Shown piece by piece: positions 5,574 to 10,580 of a stretch of DNA of 10,580 nt (the stretch's first letter is position 1; each line of letters starts with the position of its first letter). A program made the position numbers and the translations under genes. Below the pieces are notes generated by a model. It saw only the letters and a list, made by a program, of their open reading frames with translations. It made no database searches and had not been told where the DNA came from. Source of the stretch: a candidate division WOR-3 bacterium (GTDB lineage Bacteria > Hydrothermota > Tepidihabitantia > SM23-42 > JAOAFX01); the NCBI GenBank assembly GCA_037444665.1, contig JBBILZ010000068.1, forward strand, positions 1 to 10,580, given 5' to 3'.

Positions 5574-6179
5574 ATGAGAAAGCCTAAGTTAAGGGAACTC
5601 GGTGAGGCAATAAGAACATTAATCAAGGGACCATATACAAGTAAGTTTCCTTTTAAGCCATCACCAGCCGCACCAAGATTTCGGGGAAAGATAGAATTCA
5701 ATTTTGAAAAATGCATCCTGTGTGGTGCCTGTGTTGAGGTCTGTCCGGCAAATGCTCGTGCCCAGATTGATGATAAGATAAAAAAGGTCCGCCGAGAAAT
5801 CCATTATCAGGAGCGATGCATATATTGTGGCCAATGTGTAGCATACTGCACGACAAAAGAAGGTATTAGACATACGCAGGAATATGACCTGGCACAGATA
5901 ACAAAAGAAGGTTATGAAAATGCCATCGAAAAAGAATTGATTCTCTGTGAAAGGTGTGGGGAGGTTATCACAACCAGGGCGCATCTATTATGGATTGCAC
6001 GGCGAGTTGGTGAACTTGCCTATGCCAATCCCAATCTGTTTTTGGTTCTGTCTCAGGAATTTGGTGAAGAATCCATTCCTAAACCAAAAGATGCACCGCC
6101 ATATAGGAGTGAGCATTTAAGATTCTTGTGCCCTGCGTGCCGACGCACGGTCTATCTCAAAGAAATCTGGGGATATTAA
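5574..6179 (+). CDS. 2x[4Fe-4S] ferredoxin subunit, NuoI/MbhN-like
   Basis: GPYTSKFP...RFRGK N-terminus, CILCGACVEVCP and CIYCGQCVAYC, plus extra CERC and CPAC motifs; AGGAGG RBS at 5564-5569. Confidence 0.88.
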   Translation: MRKPKLRELGEAIRTLIKGPYTSKFPFKPSPAAPRFRGKIEFNFEKCILCGACVEVCPANARAQIDDKIKKVRREIHYQERCIYCGQCVAYCTTKEGIRHTQEYDLAQITKEGYENAIEKELILCERCGEVITTRAHLLWIARRVGELAYANPNLFLVLSQEFGEESIPKPKDAPPYRSEHLRFLCPACRRTVYLKEIWGY

Positions 6180-6193
6180 AAAATAGTCTAAGG

Positions 6194-6355
6194 TTATTGG
6201 GTGGGGATGCTGGTTTGGTTATAGGGCATGGTTTATGGTCAAAAAAATACCTATTGAGGAGAGTACTTTCATTCAATAATTTTAGGTATTTAGGTATTTT
6301 GGACTTTTAGGTATTTTAACTTATTGGGCATAGATGCTGGTTTGGTTAAAGGCAT
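6194..6355 (+). repeat. Imperfect ~36-bp direct repeat (6194-6229 / 6321-6355) enclosing a TTAGGTAT 8-mer array (6281-6317)
   Basis: TTATTGGG-N4-GATGCTGGTTTGGTTA(TAG/AA)GGCAT occurs twice, offset by 127 bp. Confidence 0.8.
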
Positions 6356-6365
6356 CCTTCCAATA

Positions 6366-6428
6366 TCACCCTGAATTATTTCTGGACTTGTTTTAGGGTT
6401 TTCTTTGTGCGATGAATCGCACCGCTAC
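6366..6428 (+). repeat. Composite palindromic repeat, copy A (TCACCCTGAA...CTTGTTTTAGGGT + REP-like GTGCGATGAATCGCACCGCTAC)
   Basis: Direct repeat of 7401-7474. The REP part reads GTAG-CG-GTGCGAT-TC-ATCGCAC on the minus strand. Confidence 0.8.
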
Positions 6429-6480
6429 GATGAATTTATATTGTAGACAAGGCTTTTCCTTGAAAGCCTGCACAAACTAC

Positions 6481-6508
6481 TTGACTATATCATAATTAAG
6501 CATATAAT
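6481..6508 (+). promoter_or_regulatory. Sigma70-type promoter of the TA operon
   Basis: TTGACT (6481-6486), 16-bp spacer, TATAAT (6503-6508); RBS AAGGAGG at 6516-6522. Confidence 0.75.
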
Positions 6509-6528
6509 CAACCATAAGGAGGTCTTTA

Positions 6529-6750
6529 ATGGGCATATCATTGCATATACCGGACATAAACCTGAAAGAGGATGAAGTCAAACTTTTATTAGCGATAAAG
6601 CTCTTTGAAGAGGGTATAGTTTCTCTTGGTAGGGCGGCTGAGATAGCAGGGTATTCTGAAAAATCCTTTGTTGAAATTTTGCTTCATAGAGGGATATCCC
6701 CAATAAAGTATGAAGATATTTCAATTAATAAAGAGTTAAGTAATGCCTGA
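6529..6750 (+). CDS. UPF0175-family protein, putative antitoxin
   Basis: 73 aa with LAIKLFEEGIVSLGRAAEIAG...FVEILLHRGI, typical of UPF0175; overlaps the PIN gene. Confidence 0.88.
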   Translation: MGISLHIPDINLKEDEVKLLLAIKLFEEGIVSLGRAAEIAGYSEKSFVEILLHRGISPIKYEDISINKELSNA

Positions 6751-7192
6751 TGCCATAGTAATTGATACATCTGCGCTAATTGCCCTTGAAAAACTTGGAC
6801 TCCTATCATTACTATGTAATATTTACACTGAAGTTATTGTTCCGGAATCAGTTATAAAAGAATTTGGAGATATTTCTTTGCCATGCATTTCAGTTAAAAA
6901 AGTGGAAAGTAATCTGGTTAAATTACTGGTTACCGATTTAAATTTAGGGGAAGGTGAGGCAGAAGCAATTGCTTTAGCAAATGAGTCTGAACTAAGATTG
7001 ATGATTGACGAGGTAAAAGCACGGAGAATAGCAGAGGATATGGGATTAAAAATAACCGGAACAATCGGTTTCCTTATAAAAGCCCAAAAATTTGGTCTAA
7101 TCAAAAGTGCTTACGAAAAAGTAAAAGAACTTAAAGAAAAAGGTTTTTATATCGCAGATAATTTAATAGAAGAAATTAAAAATTTATCTTAG
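6743..7192 (+). CDS. PIN-domain / DUF3368-type (COG2405-like) putative toxin
   Basis: IVIDTSALIAL, VPESVIKE, LGEGEAEAIALA, LMIDEVKARRIA and GTIGFL motifs; 8-bp overlap with the antitoxin gene. Confidence 0.88.
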   Translation: MPDAIVIDTSALIALEKLGLLSLLCNIYTEVIVPESVIKEFGDISLPCISVKKVESNLVKLLVTDLNLGEGEAEAIALANESELRLMIDEVKARRIAEDMGLKITGTIGFLIKAQKFGLIKSAYEKVKELKEKGFYIADNLIEEIKNLS

Positions 7193-7257
7193 TTGAATTT
7201 TTCCTTTTAAATTACATTTCAGTGCTTTCATTATCTCATAGATACTTCTGAATGTTG

Positions 7258-7338
7258 AGATTCTTCGCCCGCCACTCTGTGTGGCGGGCGAAGAATGACA
7301 ACCTACCTTTTTGTCATTCTGAACGAAGTGAAGAATCT
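7258..7338. repeat. Inverted pair of TTGTCATTCTGAACGAAGTGAAGAATCT-type repeats; the left copy contains a perfect 16-bp-stem hairpin
   Basis: ATTCTTCGCCCGCCAC (7260-7275) pairs with GTGGCGGGCGAAGAAT (7281-7296). AGATTCTTC...AGAATGACAA (7258-7301) is the reverse complement of the ends of 7311-7338. Confidence 0.85.
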
Positions 7339-7400
7339 ATGGGGTTTTCAAGGGGTTTACCCCTTGATGATGTTCTTTCAGGCTTTCCGCCTCCCTCTCG

Positions 7401-7474
7401 TCACCCTGAACCCTGGCCTGACGCCAGGACAGGCTTGTTTCGGGTCTTCTTTGTGCGATAAATCGCACCGCTAC
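7401..7474 (+). repeat. Composite palindromic repeat, copy B, with internal CCTGGC-CTGAC-GCCAGG hairpin
   Basis: TCACCCTGAA...CTTGTTTCGGGTCTTCTTTGTGCGATAAATCGCACCGCTAC matches 6366-6428. Confidence 0.8.
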
Positions 7475-7480
7475 AATTCT

Positions 7481-7530
7481 CCTGATACCCTGCTCCCCTG
7501 ATTCCCCTTGATAACCCTTGATTCCCTTTT
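7481..7530 (-). repeat. Orphan cassette-1-type right arm
   Basis: TGCTCCCCTG ATTCCCCTTG ATAACCCTTG ATTCCCTTTT; its reverse complement AAGGGAATCAAGGGTTATCAAGGGGAATCAGGGG closely resembles 737-781. Confidence 0.8.
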
Positions 7531-7563
7531 AGGCATTTAGGTATTTAGGCATTTTGGACTTTA
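7528..7563 (+). repeat. TTAGGYAT 8-mer array, second copy of 6281-6307
   Basis: TTTAGGCATTTAGGTATTTAGGCATTTTGGACTTT versus TTTAGGTATTTAGGTATTTTGGACTTT. Confidence 0.8.
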
Positions 7564-7633
7564 ATCACCATACCGGTTGCCACGCCCTATAACCATTTAC
7601 CATTTTCTTGGGGTTAAACCCTGCTCAAAACCC

Positions 7634-7661
7634 TTGACTGCTTTTATTTTTTTTGTATAAT
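7634..7661 (+). promoter_or_regulatory. Sigma70-type promoter of the SBP/kinase operon
   Basis: TTGACT (7634-7639), 16-bp spacer, TATAAT (7656-7661). Confidence 0.7.
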
Positions 7662-7671
7662 AATTTTAATT

Positions 7672-9216
7672 ATGAATAATGCCAGAGATTGTATAATGAA
7701 TTTTTTTATTTGTATCATTTTTCTCCTTAACTGCTCACCAAAGGAAAAAAGACCATTGCCTGGTGGTGAGATAAGGATTGCCTGGACCGGTGGACTTATT
7801 GGATTTGACCCCAGTAAAGATTGGGGCTGTGCCGGGGCAATGAAACTCATAAAATTGCTCTTTTCCCCTTTATATGACCCAGACAACCCTGGATTGGGCA
7901 TTGCCGAAAGATTTTCCTGTTCCAAGAACGATAAAGAATGGATATTTTATTTAAAAAGATTTTGTTACTTTCATAACGATCCATGCTTCCAAGAGAATTT
8001 CAGAAAGATAAATGCATATGATATTAAATATTCGTATGATAAGGCAAGTAATTCCTGGTCTCAACTTGCGCCACTTGATAATATTAAAGAGACAATCGTC
8101 CTTGATTCATTCACACTAAAAATTATACTTAAAGAACCAGACAAAGATTTTTTATACAAACTTGGTGAAGGATATCTCTATATAATCCCTTTTGAGGCAG
8201 TGGAGAAATACAAAGACAATTTCAGTTTCCATCCAGTTGGCTCCGGTCCTTTTTGTTTCCAGTCCTGGAATGAGAAAGAGGTTATTTTGATTAAAAATAA
8301 ATACTTCTGGGCAAGGGATAAATGGGGTCAGCAACTACCCTATTTAGAAAAGATTCGGATATTATTCTTTGCCGATGCCAATCAGTGTGTAACGAGCCTC
8401 TTGAATGGCACAATTGACCTATCGTCCAGTATTGGAGATGCGGCAATGGATCTCTTTACAAAAGCCGAAGGTGAGATCGTTCTTAAGCGAGAATATGCCC
8501 AGAGAATCAAGGTTATTCACTCCCCTTTTCCTTCCCTTACTATCCTATTGATGAATAACCGAGATAATCCAATCTTTGATAATAAAAATTTGATGATTGC
8601 TTTGAATTACGGAATCAATCGTGAGGAATTAAGCAATCTGCTTTTTATGCCCCGGGTTCGGTTTGCAACCGGACCAACCCTACGCAATATCAGTAACTTG
8701 AAATACGAATACAATCTCAATAAGGCAAGGGATTATTTAAAAAGGGCAGGATATCCCGAGGGCTTGCGTAATTTAGTCTTCCAATATTATCCCTCTCCAT
8801 TTGCCAGGGAACTTGTAATGGTTCTCCAAAAACAGTTAGAGGCGTTAGGTATTAAGACCAAACTCAGTTGTGCCTCAAGGCCTGCAGTATTACGGGGTGA
8901 GCCCAAATGGGACCTGGGCATTGTCTCCATTATGTATGCTGATTCTACCCCTTCATCCCAGCTTGGTATCTATAGCAGCGAAAATGCCCCCTGGGTGCCC
9001 TTCCACTCCTCAATATTTGATTCTTTGTGGAAATTATACAAATCCCGGGATAATCCGGATAGTAATCTCCTTGTCCGATTGGAATCACTCGTCTTTGAAG
9101 ACCCACCATTTGTCTATCTCTACTGGAGTTATCCCGCATTCCTTGCAGACAAAAGACTGAATAATCTTGACCCGCTCTTTTTAATTAGCTGTTATACCTG
9201 GTGGAATAATGAATAG
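7672..9216 (+). CDS. ABC-type solute-binding protein family 5 (OppA/DppA-like), probable lipoprotein
   Basis: Hydrophobic signal ending FLLNC; FDP, WIFYLK..YFHNDPCF, INAYDIKYS, HPVGSGPF, LPYLEKI and ALNYGINREEL motifs. The start may be ATG 7696. Confidence 0.87.
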   Translation: MNNARDCIMNFFICIIFLLNCSPKEKRPLPGGEIRIAWTGGLIGFDPSKDWGCAGAMKLIKLLFSPLYDPDNPGLGIAERFSCSKNDKEWIFYLKRFCYFHNDPCFQENFRKINAYDIKYSYDKASNSWSQLAPLDNIKETIVLDSFTLKIILKEPDKDFLYKLGEGYLYIIPFEAVEKYKDNFSFHPVGSGPFCFQSWNEKEVILIKNKYFWARDKWGQQLPYLEKIRILFFADANQCVTSLLNGTIDLSSSIGDAAMDLFTKAEGEIVLKREYAQRIKVIHSPFPSLTILLMNNRDNPIFDNKNLMIALNYGINREELSNLLFMPRVRFATGPTLRNISNLKYEYNLNKARDYLKRAGYPEGLRNLVFQYYPSPFARELVMVLQKQLEALGIKTKLSCASRPAVLRGEPKWDLGIVSIMYADSTPSSQLGIYSSENAPWVPFHSSIFDSLWKLYKSRDNPDSNLLVRLESLVFEDPPFVYLYWSYPAFLADKRLNNLDPLFLISCYTWWNNE

Positions 9217-10580
9217 AATATTCGCTTCTTTTGTTTCTTTTCTATTTTTGCTCCTTTTCTTTATTATCATCGTCCCTGTAATAATTATTCAATTTGTCAC
9301 TACCAATACCACAATTAAAAATCTCAGAGCAGATATTGACTTTAGACTTAATGAATATGCAAAAGATCTATTCTCTTCGTTCACAAAAGAGTGCCAGAGG
9401 TGTGAGACCTGTTTGCTTTTTGGCCGTGATATTATTTCTAAAAATAGAATAAAAAAAGAAATACTTGGTTCATATTTTTTCGGCAATGAAGAGTATTTTT
9501 ATAGAATCAGTCTCCTTGATAATCGCGGTGTAAACATCTTCTCCTTTGTTGCCAATCCGGACCAGACCTATCTTGCACCAGAACCTTATGAGGAGTTCAG
9601 AAATCTGCCCGCAATTGACCTGAAAGGGATAAAACCCGTAGGTGATACAGCAATTATCCCGCTGGAATTGATGGCAGTCCCTGGAGGATTTGCCCAGCGC
9701 ACATTGGTTGTTCTGAAAGATATGAATTTCATCCTTGCTGATATAAATATCTCAAAAATCTTGAGTCGTGCGATGCAGGACTCAAACTTTTCCCCGGGCA
9801 CATTCCTTGTGGTATTAAATAATCATAATGATCTGTTATTCAATAGTGCTACAGAAATAACAAAGCAGGATGCGATGAAACTAAAAGATTATTTGCTGCC
9901 CGGCGATTATAAATTAAAAAATTCCATCTACCGTTCATGTTCATTTATAATGAAGACCCCATCATCATTTTGTAGAAATATGGAAAATATCAAAGTCATT
10001 ATCGGGATTGATTATGGAAATATGCTTGTGGGTATCAATAAAGGGCTTAATCGGGGATTAACATTGACCACGATTTTTGCCATTTTAATCTGTGTTGTCT
10101 TTGCCCTTGCGGGATTATACATCAAGCACAAAACCGATATAATCTTAAAAAGGACTGATGAGATTGCCACGGGTGAGTTTGATAAGAGAATCTCAATAAG
10201 GTTCCCCCTGGAATTTAGCCAGATTGCTAAAAATATTAATGAATTGAACATTAAGTTAAAGAATCTTACTGGCGAGAAGGTTAAATCGGCAAGACTCTCG
10301 GCAATCGGTCGTTTTGCTGCACATATGGTTCATGACCTGCGCAGTCCGGTCTATGGACTTTCACTTATTGCCTATGAATTAAAAAAGAGGATTAAGGAAG
10401 ATGACCCGAAACTTCGTTATTTTGATGAGATTGTTGCAGGTATCAAGAAACTCGGTGAGATAATAGATAAGATAGCAGAACACGGCAAAATCTACGAACC
10501 CAAAAGAGAGGATGTTGACCTTAATAGATTGATTAAAGAGACAGCAGATAGTTTTTCAAAAGAGTTTCCTTGCAAAATCA
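9209..10580 (+). CDS. Membrane sensor histidine kinase (TM - extracytoplasmic domain - TM - HAMP - HisKA), 3'-truncated by window
   Basis: Missing from the ORF track because it has no stop in the window. Translated by hand from ATG 9209 (overlapping the SBP stop): MNRIFASFVSFLFLLLFFIIIVPVIII..., second TM, HAMP-like EIATGEFDKRISIRFPLEFSQIAKNINEL, H-box IGRFAAHMVHDLRSP (about 10304-10348). Confidence 0.9.
   Translation, partial: MNRIFASFVSFLFLLLFFIIIVPVIIIQFVTTNTTIKNLRADIDFRLNEYAKDLFSSFTKECQRCETCLLFGRDIISKNRIKKEILGSYFFGNEEYFYRISLLDNRGVNIFSFVANPDQTYLAPEPYEEFRNLPAIDLKGIKPVGDTAIIPLELMAVPGGFAQRTLVVLKDMNFILADINISKILSRAMQDSNFSPGTFLVVLNNHNDLLFNSATEITKQDAMKLKDYLLPGDYKLKNSIYRSCSFIMKTPSSFCRNMENIKVIIGIDYGNMLVGINKGLNRGLTLTTIFAILICVVFALAGLYIKHKTDIILKRTDEIATGEFDKRISIRFPLEFSQIAKNINELNIKLKNLTGEKVKSARLSAIGRFAAHMVHDLRSPVYGLSLIAYELKKRIKEDDPKLRYFDEIVAGIKKLGEIIDKIAEHGKIYEPKREDVDLNRLIKETADSFSKEFPCKI

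Noticed and set aside
7260..7296. Rho-independent terminator of the TA operon
   Set aside because: The stem is strong but has no adjacent U-tract on either strand and is embedded in a repeat unit. It may still pause or stabilise RNA.
7341..7367. IS200/IS605-type element end
   Set aside because: The hairpin is only superficially similar; no tnpA/tnpB or partner end can be identified.
7252..7501. ORFs 7252-7461 (contains CHSERSEES) and 7295-7501
   Set aside because: Translations of stacked palindromic repeats with no RBS or recognisable domain.
1334..10251. Remaining short alternative-frame and antisense ORFs in the track (e.g. 1334-1609, 1729-2007, 2725-2943, 3517-3792, 5661-5984, 6823-7104, 8870-9160, 9289-10251)
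   Set aside because: They overlap well-supported genes, including the kinase missing from the track, and have no motifs.

Overview
This is a low-GC bacterial window and every supportable gene is on the + strand. Bases 1-6179 are the distal part of an Mrp/Mbh-type ion-translocating membrane complex operon: end of an antiporter-like subunit, a DUF4040/MbhD+MbhE fusion, MnhB, C, D, E, F, G and a NuoI/MbhN-like ferredoxin. Its gene junctions are repeatedly occupied by transposase-free inserts. Two are complete cassettes in which a four-helix-bundle (TIGR02436/23S-IVP/Avd-like) gene lies between mutually complementary 10-bp-periodic arms (G-tract left arm, C-tract right arm). Each runs from the upstream stop codon to the downstream RBS. 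There are also apparent relics of the same cassette at 148-201, 5438-5551 and 7481-7530, and a cargo-less heptamer-repeat hairpin with a duplicated gene end at 4620-4817. Downstream, a UPF0175/PIN (DUF3368-like) toxin-antitoxin pair sits in a dense nest of REP-like palindromes. A family-5 solute-binding lipoprotein and a HAMP/HisKA sensor kinase follow, the latter running off the window. The best candidate for an undescribed system is the junction-targeting four-helix-bundle cassette. Its repeat architecture is seen directly, but its mechanism is inference. All family calls come from motif recognition by eye, not database searches.
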